Shown: piece after piece, positions 1 to 12,384 of the stretch
How the letters are laid out: each line of letters opens with the position of its first letter
Position numbering within the stretch: position 1 is the first letter of the stretch
Source of the DNA: Mobula hypostoma
Taxonomy: Eukaryota
Assembly: GCF_963921235.1 (NCBI RefSeq)
Contig: NC_086097.1
Location: forward strand, 119,910,001 to 119,974,000
Direction of reading: 5' to 3'
DNA length: 64,000 nucleotides
The notes under the pieces: generated by a model
Databases searched by the model: none
What the model was told of the DNA's origin: nothing
Seen by the model: only the letters and a program-made list of their open reading frames with translations
Program-made: the position numbers and the translations under genes

Positions 1-429
1 AGACCTGCTCTCAGTAGTACACAGCTGGCCCTGAGAGGTTCAAGATGCTGAATTGCTGTATCGGCATGCCAAGGATCTAATCTATTCCATGCTGTGTGGA
101 GCAATGTCATGCATAATGTACATATGCATCACCTGAATTAACAACCATCTGCTTGTGGATATCTGTTTTCAGCGAGTATCCACCCTTCTGTTTTTCAAAT
201 ATATCTGGCATGCTAGACAGTCACAAAATGAAGGTGTCATGAATTATGCCACGGTAGAAGCATGGACTTGCATAATCCACTCTGTCGGGCAGCAGATGGA
301 CAACCAAGGGGTGGAATCTTTCCTGTTGTGATACTCTTCCAATTGTAATGCACTTGGAAGAGCCTCATGGACTTAGTGAGTAGTTTTGTGCAATTTAGAG
401 AAATAGATCATCTTAGCAATGCAGTATTA

Positions 430-676
430 TTTTATTATTTAGAGATATAGCGTGGTAACAGGACCTTTGGTAACACTGCACAGTTACACCCATGTGATCA
501 ATTAACCTGATGACCTCTACATCTTTGGAGCATGGGAAGAAACTGGAGCACTTGGAGGAAATTCACGCGGTCACGTGGATGATATGCAAACTCCTCACAG
601 ACAGCAATGGGGATCTGAACCCAGGTTGCTGGCATTGTAATAGATTCACGCTAACCTCTACACTAAGGTGCTGCCC
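430..676 (-). mobile_element. tRNA-derived SINE, decayed
   Basis: Similar to copies at 41120-41372 and 54400-54700; minus strand shows a B-box-like GGTTCAGATCC and the shared core; T-rich tail on the left. Confidence 0.55.
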
Positions 677-1461
677 CAAAGACAAGTACGCTTAATTGAC
701 ATATCATTCTCTGGCAATTCAGAAGTTGAAGGATCAGAGACCTCCCTTTGAGCAGCAGTGTAGAACAATGTTATGTTATAAGCATCTCCATCACTATCCT
801 GGAATCCTGACAGCCACTGGATCTTGTCCTGGAGTTGAGAAATATTTCAAAGCAGAGATCTTAGAGAACATGCAGGCATTTCACATGCTGTTAAGCTACA
901 TAAAAGTGGGTTGCTTGCTAAAAGTCCCTTGGTAGGACAGGAACTCCCTCTGCCAGCAGGCTTTCCTGCTCTGCGCTCCTCCTGCCCACTCTCACAGCCA
1001 ATGTTCATACCAAAGGCTGGTGCTGAAGAGAAGACAGTGCTTTCAGCAGATGGTGCACAATTCCCTATTGACTTCAGGAATATTAAAGAACTATAGGAGC
1101 AACACTCAGTGGAAATTAATTAACAACTTGCTTACAGTATCTGATGATCTCTAAAAATGGCATATTCAGCCATGCAAGGCTAGCATCTCGCATTACCCAT
1201 GTTGTTAAGAACTAATTTAGCAGTAATGGTATTGAATCAGCATTGCATACTGGTTGAAACAGTTTGCCCACTGTTCACGATTTCTGGAGGGATAGGCATT
1301 ACATACTCCAATGCTTTTCCCAAAGGAGTGCCTGGTACAACCCCCGTGTATGCATGTATGATAGTTGGGACCAAATAATGTGTGATCTGAAAGTGGATAT
1401 TATGGTACAATCTCCTGGGACTATTAAATTAAGAGTTGACAAGACAGTAAACATAACTGCA

Positions 1462-2367
1462 ATGCAGATTCAGATTCATTTATCACGTGTACATCAAAGC
1501 ATACAGAGAAATGTGTTACTTGCATTAACAATAAACACAACCTAAAGTTGTGCTGGGCATCCTGCAAGTGTCACCACATATTTCAGTGACTACCAAAGCA
1601 TAGTCACAGTGCTCAGCAGAACAACATAAGTATCAACAACAACAACAATGACAGAACACAACAAAACAAAACAACAACGGCAAAACAAGCCCCTCTCTTC
1701 CCCTCCACATGCCTCTCCACCCACATACCCCAACAGGCCTTCAACCTCCGGTGCCTGGCCCAGAATCGCAGACATGAAGCCTCCGACTTCCTTACATGCC
1801 AACCCAATGGCTTTAACAATTGAGTGTTGACATCTGGACTTGCCGACTTCATCCTTTGACGTTCAGTATTGACCCTAGGACTTGGCGATCAGATCAGAAC
1901 TCTGAACAGAAGGCCCCAAATTCCTGACTTGCATAGACCTCCAACCCCAGGACTTACCTATCTGAAGCCTGCTGTCTGCACAGACCTCCAATCCTTGTAC
2001 TCGCTAACCTGGGAGGGGTTGCTGACCGAGGGAAGGGGATCAGCAGCCCTCATGCACAGGGCCGTTAACCTCAGTCGCTGACTACAGGGATCGCTGGTCT
2101 TCGTTCTCAGTGCCTGCTATGCTGCCATCTTTCCATCGGTATGGCTGGCATTCAATCTTGGAGTACTCTGACCTGGACTCCAACCATCAGCTCTGTTCCC
2201 TGAATCTTCAATAATATCCCCAATCACTAATTCCCATTTATCTGTGTCCTTAATCCCAAACCTAACCCCTAACTCCCACACTGTCCCCAAAACCATCCCA
2301 ACAAACCTAAAATACAAGTAAATCTGGACCACACCCTTAACAGCCATCATTGCTCAATGCCATCTTG
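1462..2367 (-). mobile_element. Non-autonomous LINE-tailed element (Rex1-like tail)
   Basis: Tail 'attcagattcatttatcac' like the Rex1-type 3' ends here; minus-strand AAGATGGC motifs near 2125 and 2360; no coding homology seen. Confidence 0.4.
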
Positions 2368-2710
2368 ACGATCTTGACTTACTGTAGGATACAGTTGAAT
2401 TGATGGTATTGGCTTAAAGGTTTAAAACAATGAGAAGTGCAACTTTGCTTTCTGTTTAACCACTTCCCAGACATTTCCACATTTTTCTTCCACTTTACCT
2501 TTTGCTGCAAGTTATTTATGGGAGAGAAAGTGGGATTTATGGTCAACCACCATTCATATTAAATCATTGGTGCGGCATTTTAAAATCCGCTCTCATCTGG
2601 CTCTGTCGCAATGGATGGTGACAAATGCCTGCATTAATGCTCACAGTCACACACTTTGTAACGGGGATGCTGTATTGCTGCACCATGTAATGGTAATTTA
2701 TGTGTGTTTA

Positions 2711-3050
2711 TAAGACCATAAGACATAGGAACAGATTTCGACCATTCAGCCCATCGGGTCTGCTCCACTTTTCCACTATGGCTGATTTATTATCTCCCTC
2801 AACCCCATCTAAACTGATCCTGTATTGTACTGAGACAATACATCCTTTGCACTAAATCAGTTTCTTCTCAAGGCAGCTCCTTCCATTTATAAGACCATAG
2901 ACCTAAGACATAGGAGCAGAATCAGGCCATTTGGCCCTTCGAGTCTTTTCCGCCATTCCATTCTAGCTGATTTATTATTCCTCTGAACTTTACTATTCCT
3001 CCATTCTTCTGCCTTCTCCCCATGACCTTCGACACCCTGACTAATCTATC
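2711..3050 (-). mobile_element. Two CR1 3'-tail fragments (2711-2812, 2889-3050)
   Basis: 'taagaccataagacataggagcaga...ggccattcagccc' tail shared with the CR1 ends at 9066 and 35917. Confidence 0.7.
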
Positions 3051-3599
3051 AGGTTCAAGCCGAAGGTCAAGCTTAATGTCATTCAACCAAACACCCGTAC
3101 ACAGCTGAATGAAACATTCTTCCTCTCTGGAAAGTTTCAAAACGCAATACATTTAGTTGCACACAGCTCAGTTATGATCCAGCTCATACGGTCACAAAAT
3201 AATATAAGCACACATTCCTGAATGGCATGGCCTGAGGATTGACAAGTTGACATAAAGTTGAGCTGCATGTTTCTATAAGGTTGCGGAATGTTTCTGGCAC
3301 TATTGTAATAAACAAAACAGAAGTATAAATATGTAAAACAACAGCAATAAGAGGTGACAAGTGACCAGTGTAGGATGAGAGTGTATCAGTGAGTTGGGAG
3401 TTGAGGGTGGGTGGTTGGTCGTGCATTCACATAGGGTATACGTGTGTCCCAGGTGTCAGCAGGGCTCTTATGCTGAGGGGAAAGGGATTGTGGGAAGGGT
3501 GTAAGGGGTCTTTGACAATGCTGGAGGCCCTGTGTATGCAGCACTTTCGATAGATATCATGAATTCCGATGATGTATAAACATTCTGATGATGTATTAA

Positions 3600-4255
3600 G
3601 CGGGAGGAGAAGTCGGCGGCGTGATGCAGCTCGCAGTGGCCACTCCAGTGGTGATGTCTGTTATTTGTCAGGTTGGGTGCCGTGCACAATCCTGATTTGA
3701 TGGAGACGGATGTGAGAGCACGGAGGAACATCTGGTGAAACTTCGTTTGCTTCGCTCCTGCTGCTACTGTGTGGTCTAGAATCTCCGGAGGGGAAGGGCC
3801 CGAGTCCTTGGCTTTGCTTGTTGCTCGGCGGCCAGGGCGGGATCGAAGTGCTCGGCAGAGGATGGTGCTCGGAGAGGCTGCGTCGGAGGCTGAAGTTTTC
3901 GGACGGACTCAGAGTCCGCTGCTGTCGGGTGCTTCCAATGGTGCTGCATCAGCAAGTTGGCGGCGCTTGGAGGTTCATGGCAGGGAGAGTTTCTTCCTTC
4001 TGCCACCTGCATGAGATGATGAGTCTATCGGGACTTTGAGACTTTTTTTTACCTTGCCCATGGTCTGCTCTTTATCAAATTATGGTTTTGTTTTGCACTG
4101 TTGTAACCATATATTATAATTATGTGGTTTTGTCAGATTTAGCCTTGGTTTGTCCTGTATTTTTTTGTGATATCATTCTGGAGGAACGTTGTATCATTTT
4201 TAATGCATGCATTTCTAAATGACAATAAATGAGGACTGGGAGTCCTCATAATCTA
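3600..4255 (+). mobile_element. ~650-bp non-autonomous retroelement, copy 1
   Basis: Near-collinear with 10406-11057 and 46413-47076; 3' end AATAAA + TGAGGAC/GTCCTCA hairpin + ATCTAA. Confidence 0.85.
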
Positions 4256-4261
4256 AAAAAA

Positions 4262-4455
4262 ACTTTCACTTTAAATATACCTAATGACTTGACCTCCACA
4301 TCCATCTATGGCACAGATAGGCCACTCTCTTGTCAAGGAAGTTCCTCCTCATCTTTGTACTGAAAGGACATCTTGTTATTCTGATGATGTGCCCGCTAAT
4401 CTTACACTCGCTCACTACAAGAAATATCCTCTCAACATCCACTCTATCTAAGCCC
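4262..4455 (-). mobile_element. CR1 ORF2 C-terminal fragment
   Basis: Minus translation GLDRVDVERIF...MRRNF, typical of the CR1 ORF2 end. Confidence 0.75.
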
Positions 4456-5446
4456 TCACTGAGAAAGCCACTTCCATCACTGAGCACCTTCCAACACCGA
4501 GTCAGTTCCCTCCATTCACTGAGGTAGCCTCTCCCCACACTGAGATGGTTCCTTTCCTACACTCTGACAACTCCTTCCTACACTGAGGTGACTTCTTCTC
4601 TCCACTGTGATGGCCCTTCCCTACAATGAGATGGTCCTTTCCCACATGGGATGGTTCCTTCCCATACTGCAACAGTTCGGAAACAGAATCAGGTTTATAT
4701 CACTGCATGTGTCGTGAAATTTGTTAACTTAGCAGCAGTGGTACAATGTAATACATGATAATGTAAAAAGAAATAAAAATAAATAAGTAAATCAATTAAC
4801 AGTAACAATGAGAAGAGGGCATGTCCTGGGTGATGGGGGTCCTCAATGGTGGACACCACCTTTCTGAGACACCGCTTCTTGAAGATGTCTTGGATACTAC
4901 GGAGTCTAATACCTAAGATGGAGCTGACTAATTTTGCAAATTCCTGCAGCTTCTTTCGGTCCTGTGCAGTTATCCCCCCACTACTCCCACCTCCCAATAC
5001 CAGACGGTGATGCAGTCTGTCAGAATGCTCTCCATTGTACATCAATGAACCTTTTTGAGTATTTTAGGTGACAAACCAAATCTCTTCAAACTCCCAATGA
5101 AATATAACTGCTGTCTTGCCTTATCTATAGCTGCATTGTTATGTTGGGACCAGGTTAGATCCTCAGAGATCTTGACATCCAGGGACTTGAAGTTGCTCAC
5201 TGTCTCCACTTCTGATCCCTCTATGAGGATTGGTTCATGTTTACTTATCTTATCCTTCCTAAAGTCTACAATTAGCTCTTTTGTTTTTCTGATGTTGAGT
5301 GCAAGGTTGTTACTGTGACACCTCTCAATCAGCTAGCATATCTCGCTCCTGTACACCCTCTCCCACACTAAAACAGCCTCTTTCCACATTGAGATGGTTC
5401 CCTTTCACACTGAGACAGTTCCTACTCTAAATGAGACAGTTCCTTC
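4456..5446. repeat. Degenerate ~22-bp minisatellite (CACACTGAGATGGTTCCTTTCC-like), split by a LINE
   Basis: About ten units at 4456-4679 and four at 5356-5446. Confidence 0.75.
4685..5357 (-). mobile_element. Rex1/Babar-type LINE 3' fragment
   Basis: Minus translation IEDPHHPGHALFSLL; tail AAACCTGATTCTG. Confidence 0.8.
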
Positions 5447-5907
5447 CGAGTAACCGCGTAACCGCTACTTCAAACAAGGAATGCATGTTTATCTCAGAAG
5501 ATTAATACCCATTAAAAAAGTTGTTTTTGTATGACAAGAAATATAATATGGCATTGATACTTTCAGGAAATGGGCAAAGCCCTGGGTGAGCGAGTCTGCT
5601 GGGGAAGTTGGAGGCCTGTTGTCTGTGAGTCCAAGGAAGGGTAGAGGCCTGGAGGTGGCCTGTCGTACGGCTGGAGGACTGTGTGTATGAGTGAGTGGGT
5701 GGGTAGATGGGAGGGAAGAAAGGGGCTTGTTTAGTTACTGCTGTTCCGCTGAACATTGTGGAAAAAGTATGTTGGTGCTAGAATATATGGCGACACTTGG
5801 AGGCTGCTCCAAACACATTGTTATTTGGATTTATTATTTATTTATTTTGAGAAATAGCACAGTAACAGGTCTTTCCAGCTTAATAAACCTGTGCTTCCCA
5901 GTTACAC

Positions 5908-6242
5908 ACATCAGAATCAGGTTTAATATCAACGGCATATGTCATGAAATCTGTTAATTTAGTGGCAGCGGTACAGTGCAATACATGATAATTGAGAGAA
6001 AAAGAAAATTGTGAATTACAGTAAGTATATAGCTAAATTAAAGAAGTAGTGCAAAAAATAGTGAGGTATTATTGTAGTGAGGTAGTGTTCACGGGTTCAA
6101 TGTCCATTCAGCAATCGGATGGCAGAGGGGAAGAAGCTGTTCTTGAATTGTTGAGTGTGTGCCTTCAGGCTTCTGTACCTCCTCCCTGATGGGAGCAATG
6201 AGAAGTGGATATGTCCTGACTGGTGCAGGTCCTTAATGACTA
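5908..6242 (-). mobile_element. Rex1-type LINE 3' end nested in a SINE remnant (~5835-6340)
   Basis: Same tail 'catcagaatcaggttt'; SINE core resumes at ~6243. Confidence 0.65.
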
Positions 6243-8059
6243 ATGTGACGAATTAACCAGTTAACCAGTATGTGTTTGGAATGTGGGAGGAAACCAGCGC
6301 ACCCAGAGAGAAGGCAGGTGGTCATGGGGAGAATGTGGACATGTACCTCAGTTTCATTCCACCTTCCAAATTGTATTGTGCTGGAGGTTAAAGCAAACAA
6401 TCCAATTCACCATTTGTTTTGAAGTACAGGTGATAAATAAATTAATCTGAATAAGAATATTATGCCTGGGTAGAAATTACCTTGAATAATGTAAATGTTC
6501 CAAAAAATACGAAGTTATCTGATTAGAAAATCATTTTGTGTTCCTTTGAGCTGTTGAAATATCCATCTGGTGCACCTCAGACCTAAATGTCACTTTAACT
6601 CAGTGATTGCTTGCAGTGTTCCCATCATGAAGAGATCCTGCTGATATTAGGAGAGACTCAGCTGGCTGCTGGTCTGTCCTCTGCCCCCACCCACCTCCCC
6701 ACCATGGCTGCAGGCAGCCGAGGTCAGGTTGTAATTGCTACAAGATTCACACTGCGCTGTTGTAGTGCCCCAGCACTGGAATGAAGCCCCATGCAGCCAG
6801 GTAATTGAATGCTGATTTGGTTCTGAGAAGGAATGATCAGCTTTTAATGAAATGGTTTCAATAGTTAAGCATAAATTCCAGTTCACCTTTGGGTGGTGGT
6901 TTGAGCTGAATAAAGACATTGAACCTGATCCTGAAACTGATGCTTAATTTCCGTTGACCTTCTGTTTTGGGTCATTTTAAACTCCCTGTTACATTTTTGG
7001 CCTGCATGTGGTATAAGGAATGTTTAATTAGGCAATGCACTAGACTGGGAATACTGGCTGGTTCTGTCCTCCCTGAAAGGTTAATAGGCCCGGCACAGAA
7101 GAAGGCTATTCACTCTAATATGCTTGTGTCAGTTCTTTCAAAGAGCTATCCAATTAGTCCCACATCTCTGCTCTTTTACCACAGCCAGGCACAATTTTTC
7201 ACTCCATCACTTATCTAATTTTGTTTTGAAAGTGATTTTTTTGTAATGTTACTAACTATACTCTACACATGGTTGACTTAAATGTGGAGCAGAATGACGT
7301 GAAAATGTGCTCAGTGGCTGATGTAAATCATTCTAAGTTTGCTTTAGAATTGCATCCGTTCATTTATTAAAAGCTCTTGGCATGTGTATTTCACAGTCCC
7401 TGCAAGTCAGGACCTCATCTGCTGAAAGTGTTGGTGTCTTCAGTGACTCTGCATGCAAGAGACTCATTATCAACAGCAAGGCAGTCTGGAAAGACTGTCC
7501 TCCCACTTAAGATGCCAAACGAATGAATGTTGCACAGAGAAGTGGAGGAGCTTGGCCATTTTCTGTGGATTTCTCACTGCGCTCACAGTGCATCCAAATT
7601 CAAAGTTCAAAGTAAATTGATTATCAAAGTACATATGTGTCACCATATACTCCCCTGAAATTTTCTCGCGGCATACACAGTAGATGGGCTTCACTGTTAT
7701 ATATCCATTACCTTTTGTAGGCTTTTCCGCTCATGGGCTTTGGCGCTTCCATACCAGGCTGTAATGCAACCAGTCAGTATATCAAATAAGCCTCACCAAT
7801 GACTTCCACAATCCGAGCAATTTCTTTAATTTTGCCCCCTGTGACCTAGTAATAAAGACCAACAACACTCTTTAAAGTTGCTTGCTGCCTCTGCACTTTT
7901 ATTACCTGAACCACTTGAATTAGTGGAACGAGTTCCCTCTGTGCATCAATATTTCCTAGCATGTTGAAGAGCAAAAAAGCTGAAGACCTAAAAATCTGAA
8001 AAAAAAGAAAATACTGGAGTACTCTGTTTGTATGAGACCTCAATCAGTGAGAACTGGTA

Positions 8060-8915
8060 GCATTTCCTCTTCAATGGGCATCAACAGAGGTGCCAGCTGA
8101 GTGCCCGCTCTATTCTCTACACACCACACACAGGACTGTGTGTGGCTAAGCAAAGCTCCAATGCCATCTGCATATTCACCAATGACACCACAGCTGTTGG
8201 AGAAATCTCAGATGGCAACGAGTTGGCTTACTGGAGCAAGGTAGGTCACTCATTTGAGTGGTGAGCAAAACCAAACTCTCGCTCATTGTCAGCAAAGCTA
8301 AAGATCTAATTCTTGATTTTGGGAAGAGGAAGGAGGGTGAACACACTCCAGTCTACATTGGGGGAATCAGCCATGGAGAAAGCTATCAGCTTTGAATTTC
8401 TGGGCATTGCCACATTTGATGAGCTGTCCTGGGTCCAGCACCAAGGTGCTATCATAAGAAAGGTGCTTTCTTTACTTTCTTAGGAGGTTAAAGAGGTTTG
8501 TCTTGTCATCAACCACTTTAACAAGCAGGCACTGCCTCAAGAAGGCAACATCTGCCAAAGATCCCCATCATCTAGACCATGTCACCTTTCTGCAGTGCCC
8601 ATCAGGAAGGAGATACCAAAACCTGAAGTCCCACATCACCAGGTTCAATAACAGCTACTTCCCTTCAACCATTCAGTTCTTGAACCAGCCAGAAAATCAC
8701 TACTCATTACTGTTTAGCTATGCTATGACCACTTTATACTAAAATAGATTATTTTGGTTCCAATCGTATTCTTGTAAAAATTCTGTATAATTTATGTTTT
8801 CCTTGTGAACGTTGATTATATAATGCTATGTGCCTGTGATGCTGCTGAAAGTGAGTTTTTCTTTGCATCTGTGTCTTCATGTATTTGTGCATATGGCAGT
8901 AAATTTGACCTTGAC
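8060..8915 (+). mobile_element. Rex1/Babar-type LINE, decayed RT and 3' end
   Basis: KDPHHLDH...PSGRRY...RFNNSYFP motif; TTTGACCTTGACTTTG tail. Confidence 0.75.
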
Positions 8916-10405
8916 TTTGCTGCCTGACCTATTCAGTATCGTCAACAAGGAAGTTGAGTATCCAGTTGCAAAGTGAGGCCCAGGTTTTGAAGTTTGAAGA
9001 TGAGTTTGGATGGAATAATTCTGATAAACACTGAAATGTAAACAATGAATCTCAGGTGTATATATAACCATAAGACCATAAGATATACGTAGGAGCAGAA
9101 TAAGGCCATTTGGCCCATCAAGCCTGCTCCGCGATTTCATAATGGTTGATCCGATTTTCCTTTCAGCCCCAATCTCCTGCCTTCTCCCTGCATCCCTTTA
9201 TGCACTGACCTATCAAGAATCTATCAACCTCTACCTGAAAAATACATAAAGACTTGGTCTCCACAGCAGCCTATGGCAAAGAATTCCACAGATTCACCAC
9301 TCTCTGGCTAAAGAAATTCCTTGTCATCTTCATCCTAAAAGGACACCCCTCTATTCTGAGGCTGTGTCGTTTGGTCTTAGACTCTTCCAACATAGGAAAC
9401 ATCTTCTCCACATCCACTCTATCAAGACCTTTCAACATTCGATCGATTTCAATAAGGTCACCCTTCATTCTTTTGAACCCGAGTGAATAAAGACCCAAGC
9501 CATAAAAATGCTCTTCATATGACAAGCTATTCAATCCTGGAATTACTTTCACGAATCTTCTTTGAACCCTCTCCAGATTCAGCACGTCCTTTCAAAGATA
9601 AGGAGCTAAAAACTGCTCATAATACTCCAAATGAGGCCTCACTAGTGCTTTTATAAAGCCTTAACATTACATCCTTGCTTTTATATTCTAAAACTCATGA
9701 AATGAATGCTAACATTGCATTACATTTGCCTTCCTTACCGCAGACTCACCCTGCAACCTAACCTTTAGGGAATCCTGCACAAGGACCCCCAAGCCCTTTT
9801 GCACCTCAGGTTTTTTGTATTTTCTCACTATTTCCTATAGCAAAGTGCATGACCATACACTTCCTGACACTGTATTCCATCTGCTATTTTTTTGCCCATT
9901 GTCTAATCTGTCTCAGTCCTTTTGTCGCCTCTCTACTTCTCCAAAACAACCTGCACCTCCACCTGTCCTCTTATCATCTGCAAACTTTGTAACAAAGTTA
10001 TCAATTCCATCATCCAAATCATTTCCATATAACGTAAAAAGAATCAGTCTCAACACAGATCCCTGTGGAACAGCACTAGTCTCCATTAGCAAACAAGAGA
10101 AGGCTCCCTCTATTCTCAGACTTTGCCTCCTGCCTATCAGCCACTTCTTTATCCATGCTAGAACCTTCCCTATAATACCATGGGCTCATAACTTGTTAAG
10201 CGGTCTCATGTGTGGCACCTTGTCAAAGGCCTCCTGAGAATCTAAATACACAACATTAACTGATTCTCCTTTGTTATCATGCTTGTCATTTCTTCAAATA
10301 ATTCCATCAGGTTTGTCAGACAAGGTTTTCCCTTGAGGAAACCATGTTGACTACAGCCTATTTTATCATGTGCCTCCAGATACCCTGAGACCTCATCCTT
10401 AATAA

Positions 10406-11057
10406 GGAGAGGAGAAGAAGATAGCGGCACAACTGCTCCAAAATGATATCGTATTTGTTAAGTAGGTACCATGCACAATCCTGATTTGATGGAGACAGAT
10501 GTGAGAAGCACGGAGGAACATCTGGAGGAACTTCTGAAATGCCCGCTTCGCTGCCGCCGCTACTATGCGATCGAGGATCTCTGGAGGGGAAGACCCCAAA
10601 TGCTCAGCTTTGCCTATTGTCTGTTGCCGGGGCTGGGGTCGAAGCGCTCGGCAGAGATGGTGCTCAGTGCTCAGTGTCGGAGGGCTGGTCAGAGGCTCAA
10701 AGTTTTCAGACGGACTCAAGAACCGGCCGTGGTCAGGTGTTTCCAGGGTGCTGCATCGGCAAGTTTGCGGCACTGGAAGCTCATGGCAGGGAGAGTTTTT
10801 CTTCCTTCAACCGTCTGCGTGAGATGATGGGACATCCGAGAGACTTTTTTTACCGTGCCCATGGTCTATTCTTTATCAAATTAAGGTATTGCTTTGCACT
10901 GCTGTAACTATATGTTACAATTATGTGGATTTTGTCAGTTTTTTTAGTCTTGGTTTGTCTTGTGTTTCTATGATATCATTCTGGAGGAACATTATATCAT
11001 TTCTCAATGCATGCATTACTAAATGACAATAAATGGGGACTGTGTGTCCTCATAATC
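10406..11057 (+). mobile_element. ~650-bp non-autonomous retroelement, copy 2, nested in CR1
   Basis: Interrupts CR1 ORF2; TAATAA duplicated at 10400-10405 and 11058-11063. Confidence 0.9.
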
Positions 11058-11469
11058 TAATAATTGACTCCAATATCTTCCCAACCACTGTGGTCAGACT
11101 AACTGGCCTATAATTTCCTTTCTTCTGCTTTTCCACTCTTCTTGAAGAGTGGAACGACATATACAATTTTCCAGTCTTCCAGAAGCATTCCAGAATCTCA
11201 TGATTCTTGAAAGATCATTACTAATACCTACACGATCTCTAAAACTACCTTTTTCAGAACCCTATGGTGTAAACCATTTGGTCCAAGTGACCTATCTAAC
11301 TTCAGATCTTTCAGTTTCCTAAGAACCTTCTCTCTAGTTATGGTAACTTCACACACTGCATGCCCCCTAACACCTGGAACTTCCACCATACTGCTAGTTT
11401 CTTCCACCGTGAAGACTGATGCAAAATACTTGTTGAGTTCATCCACCATTTCATTGTTCCTCATTATTA

Positions 11470-12190
11470 CCTGTCCTCGCCAGCACATAGCTTGGGTAGC
11501 AATCCTGGCGGTGCTGCCCTTTAACAGCCTTTAACACCCTGAACTCCTTAAGCAGAACCTCGTCACTCATCCTACCCATGTCATTGGTACCTACACGGGC
11601 CATGACTTCTGGCTTTTCCCCCTCAGAATGCTGAGGACTCGATCTGAGATATCCCAGACCCTGGCACCTGGGAGGCAACATATATAACTGGGAATCTCAT
11701 TCTTGCCCATACATCCTTCTATCCATTCCCCTAACTTACGAATCCCCTATCACCACAGCATGCCTCTTCTGCCCTCTTCCTTTCTGAGTCACAGAGGCAA
11801 ACTCTGTGCCAGATACCCGAACTTTGTGACTTCCCTCAGTTAGGTCATCTTCCCCAACAGTATCCGAAGTGATATAACTGTGGTTGAGGGGGATGGCCAC
11901 AGGGGTATGCTGCACTGGCTCCCTAACTCCTTTCCCCTTCCTGACTGTTACCCAGTTTCCTGTGTCCTGCACTTTGGGTTTAATTACCTCTCTATATGTC
12001 CCTGTATATCACCCCCTCAGCCTCACAAATGATCTGGAGTTCATCCAGTTCCAGTTCCAACTCATTAATACTGAATGTTAGAAGCTGTAGCTGGATGCAC
12101 TTCTCGCAGCTGTAGTCGTCAGGGGCACTGGAGGTCTCCCTGCCTTCCTACATCCCGCAAAAGGAGCATTCGACTATCCTGCCTGGCATC
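11470..12190 (-). pseudogene. CR1 ORF1 remnant with SGNH esterase motifs
   Basis: WVTVRKGKG, AVVIGDS and VGTND blocks in ORFs 11736-11972 and 11451-11681; frameshifted. Confidence 0.8.
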
Positions 12191-12384
12191 TCTACTGTCC
12201 TAGCTGAGCAGATATAAAGAAGGAAAGAAAATAAATGTAACCTAGAGCTTTTCTTTCCTTTGCTTATTTTGACTGAAGCTTCTCTTCATGAAAGCCTCAA
12301 AGACCACCACTCTTTGCTTTGTCCACTAGGATGACTGCCACGGTGCTTGCCACTGCCTTCCTTTAATTTACTCTTGCAAATTGC

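Larger units (their letters stand above)
9066..12290 (-). mobile_element. CR1 LINE, near full span but internally deleted, with a nested insertion
   Basis: RT fragments (SQHGFLKGKPCLTNL, LERVQRRF, GDLIE); ORF1 remnants on the right; (TAAGACCA) tail at 9066. Confidence 0.9.

Noticed and set aside
696..1096. Short ORFs as host exons
   Set aside because: No recognisable domain and no consistent splice or frame support
4456..4679. CRISPR-like array
   Set aside because: Degenerate adjacent units without spacers, eukaryotic context, no cas genes
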